From contig CAVRUC010000007.1 in assembly GCA_963724295.1 (NCBI GenBank), positions 802,576 through 866,575 on the forward strand: a DNA stretch of 64,000 nucleotides. The letters are read 5' to 3'. The DNA is from an uncultured Chloroflexia bacterium. GTDB lineage: Bacteria > Chloroflexota > Chloroflexia > Thermomicrobiales > UBA6265. The notes beneath the pieces are model-generated. The model did not search any database, had not been told where the DNA came from, and was given only the letters and a program-made list of their open reading frames with translations. Of the stretch, positions 1 to 9,577 are shown piece after piece. The number at the start of each line of letters is the position of its first letter. The stretch's first letter is position 1. The translations under genes were made by a program, and so were the position numbers.

Positions 1-1
1 G

Positions 2-1888
2 GCTCCCGTGGAATGGCGGGACACGAAGATCAATGTCATCGACGCGCCCGGCTACGCCGACTTCATTGGCGACGTCAAATCCGCGCTGCGAGTGGCCGAT
101 GCGGCGATCATCGTCATCGACGCCTCAGCCGGCGTCGAGGTCGGCACCGAGCAGGTCTGGCGCCTTGCCGAAGAGCGCGGTATCCCGCGCCTGCTGTTCA
201 TCAACAAGATGGACCGTGAGAACGCCGATTTCGGTCAGGCGCTGGCCTCCGCCCGCGCCACGTTCGGCAATGCGGTGGCGCCGATCCAGTTCCCGGTCGG
301 CTCCGAGAAGCAGTTCCGCGGTGTGGTCGATCTCCTCACCGAACAAGCCCACTGCTACACCGACAGCACGTCGGGCGAATTCACGTCGGGTCCCATTCCC
401 GACGAGTTGAAAGAGGACGAGGAGCTCTACCGCCGTCAGCTCGTTGAATCGATCGCCGAGCAGGACGAAGAGCTGATGATGCGCTACCTCGAGGACGAGC
501 CGATCGCGACGGAAGAGCTCGCCAGCGGACTCAAGCAGTGCGTCGCGGACGGCGTCGTGGTCCCGGTGCTGGTCGGTTCGGCGGCGCTGAACCGGGGCGT
601 CGTGCAGCTCCTCGATGCCATCGTCGATCTGCTGCCGTCTGCCGCCGAGGCGCGATCGACGGGCACGCTGAACGGCAGCGAGGTAGACGTAGCGCCCACA
701 GAAGGTGGTCCGGTCGTTGCCCTGGCCTTCAAGACGGTGGCCGATCCCCACGTCGGACGCGTCACCTACCTGCGCGTCTACTCGGGATCGATCAAATCAA
801 ACACCCATGCCTGGAATGCGACGCGCGGCGAGGATGAACGGCTCGGGCAGCTCTTCTTCACGCGGGGCAAAGAGCACATCAACACCGATGTGATCGGCAC
901 CGGCGATATCGGCGCGGTGGCCAAACTGGGCTCGGTGATGACCGGCGACACCCTCAGCGATCAGGGCAAACCGATTGCGCTCGCCGGTGTCGACTTCCCC
1001 GGTTCGTCGTACTCGACCTCGGTCCATCCCAAGACCAAGACCGACCTCGACAAGATGGGACCGGCTCTGCAACGGCTGGTGGAGGAAGATCCGACGCTGC
1101 GGCTCTCCCGTGATCCGAGTAGTGGTGAGACGATCCTTTCCGGACTCGGCGAGCCGCACGTGAAGATTGCCCTCGACCGGATGTCCCGGCGGTTTGGCGT
1201 CAACGTCGAGCTTGGCCTCCCGCGCGTGCCCTACCGCGAGACGATCTCGGCAAAGACGGTCGCCGAGTACAAGCACAAGAAGCAGACCGGTGGCGCGGGT
1301 CAGTACGGTCACGTCTTCCTCGAGCTGGAGCCGCTGCCGGACTCCGAGTTCGAGTTCGGCGAACGCGTGTTCGGCGGATCGGTGCCACGCAACTTCTACC
1401 CGGCCGTGGAGAAAGGCGTGCGGGAGGGACTGGAGTCCGGTCCCGTTGCCGGCTTCCCGGTCACCAACGTGAAAGTCACCCTCACTGACGGCTCCTACCA
1501 CGCGGTCGACTCGAGCGAGATGTCATTCAAGATCGCCTCCAAAGAGGCGTTCAAGAAAGGCGTTTTGCAGGGGAAGCCGGTGCTGCTGGAGCCGATCATG
1601 ACAGTGCGCGTCACCGTTCCGGAATCGTATACCGGCGACGTGATGAGCGACCTGAACACCAAGCGAGCGCATGTGAGCGGCATGAACCCCGGCGCCAACG
1701 GCACGACCACGATCGAGGCCACCGTCCCGGCGGCCGAGGTGCAGCGATACGCGACCGACCTCCGCTCCATCACGCAGGGACGGGGCTCGTTCACGACCGA
1801 GTTTTCACACTATCAGCCCGTCCCCGCGCACATCGCGGACCAGGTCAAAGCCGCGGCCGCCAAGCATGCCGAAGCAGCTCACGCGTGA
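2..1888 (+). CDS. fusA: Elongation factor G, stand-alone (EF-G2-like); 5' end lies outside the window
   Basis: DAPGYADF switch II, NKMD G4 motif, LVEEDPTL, GLGEPH, KKQTGGAGQYGHV, DGSYHAVDSS, LLEPIM, YATDLRSITQGRG; frame open to window start; no tuf downstream. Confidence 0.93.
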   Translation, partial: APVEWRDTKINVIDAPGYADFIGDVKSALRVADAAIIVIDASAGVEVGTEQVWRLAEERGIPRLLFINKMDRENADFGQALASARATFGNAVAPIQFPVGSEKQFRGVVDLLTEQAHCYTDSTSGEFTSGPIPDELKEDEELYRRQLVESIAEQDEELMMRYLEDEPIATEELASGLKQCVADGVVVPVLVGSAALNRGVVQLLDAIVDLLPSAAEARSTGTLNGSEVDVAPTEGGPVVALAFKTVADPHVGRVTYLRVYSGSIKSNTHAWNATRGEDERLGQLFFTRGKEHINTDVIGTGDIGAVAKLGSVMTGDTLSDQGKPIALAGVDFPGSSYSTSVHPKTKTDLDKMGPALQRLVEEDPTLRLSRDPSSGETILSGLGEPHVKIALDRMSRRFGVNVELGLPRVPYRETISAKTVAEYKHKKQTGGAGQYGHVFLELEPLPDSEFEFGERVFGGSVPRNFYPAVEKGVREGLESGPVAGFPVTNVKVTLTDGSYHAVDSSEMSFKIASKEAFKKGVLQGKPVLLEPIMTVRVTVPESYTGDVMSDLNTKRAHVSGMNPGANGTTTIEATVPAAEVQRYATDLRSITQGRGSFTTEFSHYQPVPAHIADQVKAAAAKHAEAAHA

Positions 1889-2467
1889 CCCAGGGCAATG
1901 GAAGCAACCGGCCAGTCAACGGGCTGCTGGATATCGACCCGGAGGGACTCTCCCACCAGCAGCTGATCGACCTCGTGCGCGACCTCCAGGGCGCACTGGC
2001 CGGCAGGGCGGGACAGGTGCCCGCGTCCGGTCCCACGGGCAACGCGCGCTTGCGCCCGGTCAGCGCCGTCCCTGGCGCCGATTACACGGTCTTCTTCGAC
2101 GGCGGATCTCTTGGCAACCCCGGAAAGGGGTACGGCAGCTACGAGATCGCCGGGCCGGAAGGGACCATCGCCGCGCGGCAGGTCCAGTTCGGCAATGACA
2201 TGACCAACAACCAGGCCGAGTTCCACGCCATCATCGCCGCCCTGGAAGATGTGTTGGAGCGCGTTGGCCCGCGGGCCGGCGCGCTTTCGGTCGCCGTCCG
2301 TGGCGACAGCCAGCTCGTCATCCGCGGGCTCAGCGGGGAGTGGCGCGTCAAACACCCCGGGCTGCAGCCACTGCACCAGCGGGCTGCCGACCTGCTGCGG
2401 CGATTCAGGAACGTGCGACCTGGCGTGGCACCCGAGGCGAGAATCGGTACGCACATTCGGCCATTGA
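1885..2467 (+). CDS. rnhA: Ribonuclease HI family protein with apparent 1-nt frameshift near 2418
   Basis: FFDGGSLGNPG, TNNQAEF, VRGDSQLVI, WRVK; expected C-terminus LAWHPRRESVRTFGH* is in another frame (ORF 2249..2467); GTG overlaps fusA stop. Confidence 0.8.
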
Positions 2468-2561
2468 TTGCGATGCGGCAACCCTGCTTGCCACGCTCCC
2501 GGGCCGACTCGGCGGTGGGCGTCAGAAGCTACCAGCGGACTGCCTGATCGCGCATCCCGCG

Positions 2562-2590
2562 TTGACACCAGGCACGGTTTTGCGTACAGT
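2562..2590 (+). promoter_or_regulatory. sigma70-type promoter of tRNA-Val
   Basis: TTGACA (2562-2567), 17 bp, TACAGT (2585-2590), 12 nt before the tRNA. Confidence 0.75.
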
Positions 2591-2602
2591 TGTGCGGTAT
2601 CC

Positions 2603-2676
2603 GGGCGGCTAGCTCAGCTGGTTAGAGCGCCACGTTGACATCGTGGAGGTCACTGGTTCGAGTCCAGTGTCGCCCA
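2603..2676 (+). tRNA. tRNA-Val(GAC)
   Basis: Acceptor GGGCGGC/GTCGCCC, anticodon arm CCACG-TTGACAT-CGTGG, T loop TTCGAGT; CCA not encoded. Confidence 0.97.
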
Positions 2677-2797
2677 CCCCGTGAGACAACCAGAGGCGCT
2701 TGCTCACCGACCTGCTCGGAGTCTGTCTCCGTCAGGGAGGAGCCCGCTCCGGGCCGCCGCTGCACCGAACGCGTCACGTGGCGCAGGAGCCTTCATT

Positions 2798-3839
2798 TTG
2801 CCGGCGATTCTAGTTCGCGATCTCGGTAAGACCTACGACGTCCCCGAGCGGGAATCGGGTCTGCGCGCCTCAGTGGGCTCCGTCTTTCGTCGTCAGACCA
2901 AAGAGGTCGTTGCGGTTGACCGCATCTCATTCGAGGTCACGCCGGGCGAGGTGGTCGGGTTTCTGGGACCGAATGGCGCCGGCAAGACGACCACGCTCAA
3001 GATGCTCTCCGGTCTACTTTACCCGTCGCGCGGCGAGGCCACGGTCCTCGGTCATGTTCCCTGGCAACGAGACAAGGCCTATCTCCGTCAGATCACGCTC
3101 GTCATGGGCCAGCGCAACCAGCTTGTCTGGGACATCCCGGTCGCCGACTCCTTCGAGCTGAATCGCGCTATCTTCCGCATCCCCGAGGCTGAGTACCGCC
3201 AGACCCGCGATGAATTGAGCGAATTACTTGACCTGGGGCCGCTGCTGACCAAGCCGGTGCGCAATCTCTCCCTCGGTGAACGGATGAAGTGCGAGCTGGC
3301 CGGGGCGCTGCTCCATCGGCCGCGCGTGCTCTTCCTGGACGAGCCGACTTTGGGTCTGGACGTCACCGCGCAACGCCGCATCCGCGGATTCATCGCCGAA
3401 TATGCCGCCCGCTATGGCGCGACCGTGCTCCTGACCAGCCACTACATGGCCGACGTCGAGGCGCTGGCCGAGCGGGTGATCGTCATCCACCACGGCGCGC
3501 TGCTCTTCGACGGCGCCCTGGATGCGCTCGTCGAGCGCTTCTCGCCCCACAAGACGGTCGTCGTCGACCTCGAGTACGCCGGCGGACGGGTTCGAGCGCT
3601 ACGGCGAGGTCGTCGCCGTCGATGGCTTGCGAGCGACCCTGCGCGTGCCGAAAGCCGACGCGGCCGCTGTCACGGCACGACTGCTGGCGGAGCTGCCGGT
3701 GGTCGATCTATCCGTCAGCGACCCACCGATTGACGAGGTGATCGACACCGTCTTCACCAGCGGCGAAGAGCCGGTCGGTGAGGCACTTCCCGAGCATGAA
3801 CCCGAGGTCGTGTCCGAACGGGAACCTGTGCCGGCGTGA
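2798..3839 (+). CDS. ABC-2 type exporter ATP-binding protein; apparent frameshift near 3580
   Basis: GPNGAGKTT, LSLGERMK, LFLDEPTLGLD, LLTSH; TTG start after AGGAG; C-terminus continues in ORF 3522..3839, whose stop overlaps the next start. Confidence 0.88.
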
Positions 3840-4639
3840 CCGATCTCCTCGTGCTCTATCGCGCCCAGTTCAAGACCACGATCGCCAGCCAGCTCCAGTA
3901 TCGCGGCGCTCTCGTAATCTGGATCATCGGGCTGATCCTGCAACCGGTCATCTACCTTTCGGTCTGGTCGACAGTCGCGATGTCCCAGGGTGGCAGTGTG
4001 GACGGATTCACCGCCGCCGACTTTGCCGCGTACTACCTGACCGCGCTCGTCGTCTCCCAGGCGACATTCACCTGGATCATGTGGGAGATGGAGTACTGGA
4101 TCAGGCAGGGGAACCTATCCCCTCTCCTGGTGCGACCAGTTCATCCGATTCATCAACACATCGCCAACAATCTCACGTTCAAGCTGCTGACCATGGCCGT
4201 CGTCGTACCGGTCGTGGTGGTGTTGACGATCATCTTCCAGCCGAATTTCACCATTTCGCCCTGGACCGCGCTGGCTTTTGTCCCGGCATTGCTCCTGGCG
4301 ATGGCGCTGCGCTTCGCCGTGGAATGGACCATGGCCTCGCTCGCGTTCTGGGTCACGCGAGTCAATGCGATCAACCAGCTCTATTATGTAGTGTTCCTCT
4401 TCCTGTCCGGGTTCGTGGCGCCGCTGGCCCTCCTGCCGGAGCCAGCTCAAGCAATCGCCGAGCTGCTGCCGTTCTACCGAATGCTGGGCTTCCCGGTCGA
4501 GCTACTCCTGGGCCGGCTCAGCCCAACCCAGGCCCTGGCCGGCTTTGGCGCCCAGCTCGGCTGGCTGGCGGTCGCTCTCCTGCTCCTCAATCTCACCTGG
4601 GCGCGCGGCGTGCGGCAGTACTCGGCGGTCGGAGCGTGA
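3836..4639 (+). CDS. ABC-2 family permease (DUF990-like)
   Basis: Multi-TM, QYRG, IRQGNLSPLLVRP, FLSGFVAPL; coupled to the ATPase. Confidence 0.88.
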   Translation: MTDLLVLYRAQFKTTIASQLQYRGALVIWIIGLILQPVIYLSVWSTVAMSQGGSVDGFTAADFAAYYLTALVVSQATFTWIMWEMEYWIRQGNLSPLLVRPVHPIHQHIANNLTFKLLTMAVVVPVVVVLTIIFQPNFTISPWTALAFVPALLLAMALRFAVEWTMASLAFWVTRVNAINQLYYVVFLFLSGFVAPLALLPEPAQAIAELLPFYRMLGFPVELLLGRLSPTQALAGFGAQLGWLAVALLLLNLTWARGVRQYSAVGA

Positions 4640-4643
4640 GGCG

Positions 4644-5429
4644 ATGACCTTCCTCCGCCTGCTCGGGATTCACCTCCGGCTCGGCATCCTGAACGAGCTC
4701 CAGTACCGCACGAACCTGTTCATCCAGCTCATTCAGTCCACAGTCGGGCTTATGACGGCACTGCTCGGTCTGGGAGTCGTCTTCTCCAAGACCGACTCGC
4801 TTGGTGGCTGGAGCGCGCCCGAGTTGCTGGCCATCATCGGCGTCTACACATTGGTCTCAGGGATCACCCAACTTGTATTCCAGCCAAGTCTCGCCCGTTT
4901 CATGGAGGACGTTCGGCTGGGGACGCTCGATTTCACGCTGACCAAACCGGTCGACGCCCAGATCCTGATCAGCGTGCGCCAGGTCGAGGTCTGGAAACTG
5001 GTCGACGTCGTGGTCGGAATCGTCGTGCTCGGGGTCGCGATCGCTCAGCTCGGGGAGATTGTTGGTCCCACCGAGGCGGTCGCGTTCCTGGTCGCGCTGC
5101 TGGCCGGGGTGACGATCATCTACAGCTTCCTGCTGATCCTCGCCACCTGCGTCTTCTGGTTCATCCGATTGGACAACATCCTCAACATCTTTCAGAGCAT
5201 GTACGAAGCGGGGAAGTGGCCGATCGGCATCTACCCGCCCTGGCTACGGGCGATGCTGACCTTTCTGGTGCCGATCGGCTTTGCGATCACGGTCCCCGCC
5301 GAAGGGTTGGTCGGCCGACTTACCTCGCCGGAATTGTTTGGCGCGATTGCGCTGGCGGTTGTCCTGCCCTTGATCGCACGCGTTTTCTGGCGGATCGGCG
5401 TCCGCCACTACTCTGGCGCGTCCGCGTAA
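4644..5429 (+). CDS. ABC-2 family permease, second subunit
   Basis: QYRTN, VRLGTLDFTLTKP, WPIGIYP, YSGAS; ATG at 4644. Confidence 0.88.
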   Translation: MTFLRLLGIHLRLGILNELQYRTNLFIQLIQSTVGLMTALLGLGVVFSKTDSLGGWSAPELLAIIGVYTLVSGITQLVFQPSLARFMEDVRLGTLDFTLTKPVDAQILISVRQVEVWKLVDVVVGIVVLGVAIAQLGEIVGPTEAVAFLVALLAGVTIIYSFLLILATCVFWFIRLDNILNIFQSMYEAGKWPIGIYPPWLRAMLTFLVPIGFAITVPAEGLVGRLTSPELFGAIALAVVLPLIARVFWRIGVRHYSGASA

Positions 5430-5671
5430 CGCTTCAGTCACCTCCGTGCGGAGGTTGAGTGTTTCCGCCGGATCCCCTGCGTATTCCCGAGCATGCTTCA
5501 GCCGTTTCCCAAGACGTCATGGGGTACACGGTCATCCGGAGGCGACACACCGCAAAGAGAACCGGCAACAGGCGCGATGAATCTACGAAGTTCGTGGCAT
5601 CTGTGGCATGCTGACGGTCTGTGCGAGAATCCCTTCTCGACGACGTTCAGCAAAATGTCCGGAGACGGACG

Positions 5672-8572
5672 ATGGCCCCTCTTCCCGGCGGCACCGTCGC
5701 CTTCCTCTTCACGGATATCGAGGGCAGTACCGCGCTCTGGGAGCGAGGCCGCCAAGCGATGTCGGCCGCGGTCGATCGCCACTTCGCGATCCTTGGCGAA
5801 GCCGTCGCCGCCCAGGATGGAGTCCTGTTCAAGACGATAGGTGATGCCGCCCAGGCGGCCTTCCCAACGGTTCCGAACGCGATAGCCGCCGCCATCGCCG
5901 CCCAGATCGCCTTGCGGCGGGAGGATTGGGGTGAGCTTGGTCCCCTGCGTTCGCGGATGGCGATTCACGCTGGTGAGGCCACGCCGAAAGATGGCGACTA
6001 TCTCGCCCCCGCACTCAATCGCCTCTCCCGCGTGCTTGCCACCGGCTACGGCGAGCAGATCCTGCTGACCGATACGGCGCGCGCCCTGGCCACAGCACTT
6101 CCTCTCGGCTATGCCCTACAGGATCTGGGCAAGCATCGGCTACGGGACCTTATCGAGGCGGAACGTATCTTTCAGCTCTGCGGACCGGGATTACCGCCCG
6201 ATTTTCCGCCTCTGAAGAGCCTCGATCAGCAGTCGACCAACCTCCCCACCCAGCCGACCGCGCTGATCGGCCGGGAGCGCGAGCTTGCTGCTTTACGCAC
6301 CGTGCTCTCTGCTCAGGAAACCCGGCTCATCACACTGGTGGGTCCGGGAGGGACCGGCAAGACCCGGCTCGCCCTGCAGGCGGCCGCCGAATCGCTGGAG
6401 CACTTCGCCGACGGAGTCTGGTGGGTACCACTGGCGACAGTCTCCGATCCAGAGAATGTGGCCCAGGCGATCGCTGCCCCCCTTGGCATCCGCGAGGGTC
6501 CGGCCCAACCGCTGCTGGAGAGCCTGGCTGCTCACCTGAGCTCGCGCCAAACCCTGCTCCTGCTGGACAACTTCGAGCACCTCCGGGACGCTGCTCCGCA
6601 GATCCAACACCTGCTCCACTCCGCGCCGGGGCTCGTCGTGCTCGTCACCAGCCGGGAACCGTTGCGCCTGCGTGCGGAGCGGGAGTTTCCCATCGATCCG
6701 CTGCCGCTTCCGGTCTCGGACGTTGGCATCTCGGTCAAGGATGCGCTCGACGCCGCTGCGGTACGGCTCTTCGTGGAACGGGCGCAGGCGCGCAAACCAT
6801 CATTCGCGTTGGACGACGCCAACGTCGCCGACGTGGTGGCCATCTGCCGTCGCCTCGATGGACTGCCACTCGCCATCGAGCTGGCTGCTGCACGCGTGCG
6901 CATTCTCACGCCGGCCGCCCTGCTGGCGCGGCTCGACCAACGCCTTTCGATCCTCACCGGCGGCGCGCGAGATCTGCCCGAGCGGCAGCAGACGCTCCGG
7001 GCGGCGATTGCCTGGAGCTACGATCTTCTGGTGCCCCCCGAGCAAGCCCTCTTTGCCCGGTTAGCGGTCTTTGCCGGCGGGTGCACGATCGAGGGAGCAG
7101 AAGCTGTTTGCAGCGCCAGTGGGGGCCTCCCCCTCGATCTGCTCGACGGGATCGACTCACTCGTCCAGAAGAGTCTGCTGCGGCAGGAGGAAGGGCCCGG
7201 TGGCGATCCCCGCTTCACCATGTTGGAGACGATCCGGGAGTTCGCCCAGGAGCGCCTGAACGAGCTGCCGGAGGCCGATGCGCTGCGCCAGGCCCACGCC
7301 GATACGTTGCTCGACCTAGCCGAGACCGTCAACCAGGAGGATGTCTCCGCGGAAGTCGATCTCCTCCTCCGGCTGCAAGCCGATCACGCCAATTTTCGCC
7401 AGGCGATCGCGTACTACACGAGTCAGGGTTCGGCTGGCCTGGCCAAACGAGTGCGCCTCGTAGCCGCCCTCGCCCACTTCTGGCGGACGCACGGACATCT
7501 CGCCGAAGGCCGTCGCGAGCTCGAGGAGGCGATCGCGGCCGACGGCGACATTCCACCCGCTCAGCGTGCGCCCGCGATCAAGGGCGCCGCCCTCCTCGCC
7601 GAAGCACAGGGGGATCTGGACGGGGCGGAGCGTCTCAACGAACAGGTCCTGGCACTCCAGCGCGAGACGGGTGATATGGCCGGTGTCGCGGACTCGCTGA
7701 CCGGGCTCGGTGTGATTGCCCGCCAGCGGGGCGACCTGAAGACCGCGCGCTCGCGTCACCAGGAGGCATTGGATGCATGGCGGGTCGCCGGCGATGCGGC
7801 AGGAACGGCTGGTGCGCTCCTCGACCTGGGTATGATCCGTCATTTTGAGGGGGACTACGCAGGCGCCGAACCGGCGTTGCAGGAGAGCCTGGGCCTGTTC
7901 CGGCGACTCGGCGACGATTTGGGGGAGGCCCATGCGTTGCACTATCTCGGGGTTCTTGCCATGGCGACAGCCAGCCTGCCCGAGGCGATCAAGTGGTTCG
8001 GGGAGAGTCTCCGCCTCTGGCACGCCATGAGCATTCGGCAGATGATCGCCACCGATTTCGCCAATCTCGGCGAAGCGCAACATCTCAGCGGTGTGCTCGA
8101 CGAGGCGGAGCGTCTCTATCGGGATGCGCTCGCCCTTTTCGAAACACTCGGCGATCCCCGCGGCCAGGGCTTCGTTCTGGGCCAGATCGGTCTGCTCGCG
8201 CTCGATCGTGGGAATGCGACGGAGGCCCGGCAGCTGCTGTGTGAAAGCCTGCGGCTCCTATGGTATGCGGGCCTGCGTGGCTCCGCCGCCGATGCGCTCC
8301 AGGGGCTGGCCGAAGCGACCTGGCGCCTGGGAGAGCTTGACGTCGCCGCCACGCTCCTTCAGGCGGCCGACGGCTTGCGGGAGGAGACGGGTCTCGTGCG
8401 GCAGCCGGTCTACGAGGCGCGTTACCAGCGGGTCCTGGCCGCCGTCGGCGACCACATAACCACGGCGCCCCCCGATATCGATCAGACGGTGGCCACGGCA
8501 ATCCAGCAAAGCGGATATCGCCGTCCGTGCCTCCCGGTAGGAGTTGTCCCACCGCACCCGCGCGGACGTTGA
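5672..8572 (+). CDS. Class III adenylate/guanylate cyclase fused to STAND (NB-ARC-like) ATPase and TPR repeats
   Basis: [70 protein letters not shown]-like C-terminus. Confidence 0.9.
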   Translation: MAPLPGGTVAFLFTDIEGSTALWERGRQAMSAAVDRHFAILGEAVAAQDGVLFKTIGDAAQAAFPTVPNAIAAAIAAQIALRREDWGELGPLRSRMAIHAGEATPKDGDYLAPALNRLSRVLATGYGEQILLTDTARALATALPLGYALQDLGKHRLRDLIEAERIFQLCGPGLPPDFPPLKSLDQQSTNLPTQPTALIGRERELAALRTVLSAQETRLITLVGPGGTGKTRLALQAAAESLEHFADGVWWVPLATVSDPENVAQAIAAPLGIREGPAQPLLESLAAHLSSRQTLLLLDNFEHLRDAAPQIQHLLHSAPGLVVLVTSREPLRLRAEREFPIDPLPLPVSDVGISVKDALDAAAVRLFVERAQARKPSFALDDANVADVVAICRRLDGLPLAIELAAARVRILTPAALLARLDQRLSILTGGARDLPERQQTLRAAIAWSYDLLVPPEQALFARLAVFAGGCTIEGAEAVCSASGGLPLDLLDGIDSLVQKSLLRQEEGPGGDPRFTMLETIREFAQERLNELPEADALRQAHADTLLDLAETVNQEDVSAEVDLLLRLQADHANFRQAIAYYTSQGSAGLAKRVRLVAALAHFWRTHGHLAEGRRELEEAIAADGDIPPAQRAPAIKGAALLAEAQGDLDGAERLNEQVLALQRETGDMAGVADSLTGLGVIARQRGDLKTARSRHQEALDAWRVAGDAAGTAGALLDLGMIRHFEGDYAGAEPALQESLGLFRRLGDDLGEAHALHYLGVLAMATASLPEAIKWFGESLRLWHAMSIRQMIATDFANLGEAQHLSGVLDEAERLYRDALALFETLGDPRGQGFVLGQIGLLALDRGNATEARQLLCESLRLLWYAGLRGSAADALQGLAEATWRLGELDVAATLLQAADGLREETGLVRQPVYEARYQRVLAAVGDHITTAPPDIDQTVATAIQQSGYRRPCLPVGVVPPHPRGR

Positions 8573-8633
8573 CTCAAGGCTTCGCTGACGGACTCTGGCA
8601 GTCAGCCGCGTGATTCGCGAAGTTCAGCCTGCG

Positions 8634-9125
8634 CTAGCGACGGCGGTAGCTGCCCACGATCGCGGACGGGCCGATTGGATTACAGTTCTCGCAGGAGCCC
8701 TCGCAGCAGGTTTGAGTTCCAGACGCCGTCTCGCAGACGACCAGTTTCGGTCCACTGCAGCAGAACACCTTGGTGGGGTTGGTTACGTCACCGGTCTGGA
8801 AACACTGCCCCTGGCAGCAGCTGCCGCCACAGCTACAGAACCCGCCCTTACAGCAGAACTCCGCCTTCTCGGTGGAGGGCACCGGGTATTTCTCGCACGC
8901 CAGAGTTGCGCATAGCCTGTCAAACGCGTGGCCCTTGCCCTTACCGGTTTCATGGCCGCTGCCACCGTCCTTGCTGTGGCCCTTCCCCTTGGCCTTGCCG
9001 GGCTCGGCGAAGACCGATGAGCCATGACCAAGGAGGGTAGCGCCGAGGATCAGGCCGAGCACGCCCCGGCGGGGTCTTGCGGACGCAAGGGCGCGGCTGA
9101 GCGCATCAAATCGTTCGTGGTCCAT
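8634..9125 (-). CDS. Secreted cysteine-rich protein with Tat-like leader (163 aa, 16 Cys)
   Basis: MDHERFDALSRAL..PRRGVL plus hydrophobic core, K/G/H linker, CC/CxC-rich domain; ATG 9125 in frame with ORF 8634..9458. Confidence 0.75.
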   Translation of the reverse strand: MDHERFDALSRALASARPRRGVLGLILGATLLGHGSSVFAEPGKAKGKGHSKDGGSGHETGKGKGHAFDRLCATLACEKYPVPSTEKAEFCCKGGFCSCGGSCCQGQCFQTGDVTNPTKVFCCSGPKLVVCETASGTQTCCEGSCENCNPIGPSAIVGSYRRR

Positions 9126-9509
9126 CGTGGCGCAGCCCTTCTCACACATCGTGTGCTGAAGACCGAATCGAGCGTGGTCGGGAAACTTGCGCGCTAGTGT
9201 AGTGCAGTCGAGTCCAACACTGTCGAGCCCACGTTCGACAGGATGATGGCTCTGACCCAGCAACGGTGTCATTCCGAGCCCGCAGGCGAACTTGCAGAAT
9301 CTCGGCGATTCAGAAAACGCGGCTCGCGGCCGAGATGCTGCAAGTGCACGTTCGTGCCTCAGCATGGCACCTGTACGCTGTCGCGGGACTGATCCTTGCA
9401 TGGCTCGATGGGTTTGAAGGCGAGGTGGAGAGAGACATCGGGGACGCCGGGGTCTCAACTGGAAATGAGTCCCGTGGCAAAGAGTTTGATCTTCGCGGTT
9501 CCCAAAAAG

Positions 9510-9548
9510 TTCAAACTCTTCAAACTCTTCAAACTCTTCAAATTCTTC
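9510..9548. repeat. 9-bp tandem repeat (TTCAAACTC)x3 plus degenerate copy
   Basis: ttcaaactc ttcaaactc ttcaaactc ttcaaattc ttc read directly. Confidence 0.85.
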
Positions 9549-9577
9549 GAATCGCCAGCAAGACGTGGTCGATCGCT

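Noticed and set aside
2410..3600. Programmed frameshifting in rnhA or the ABC ATPase
   Set aside because: No slippery heptamer at either site; single-base indels are the simpler explanation.
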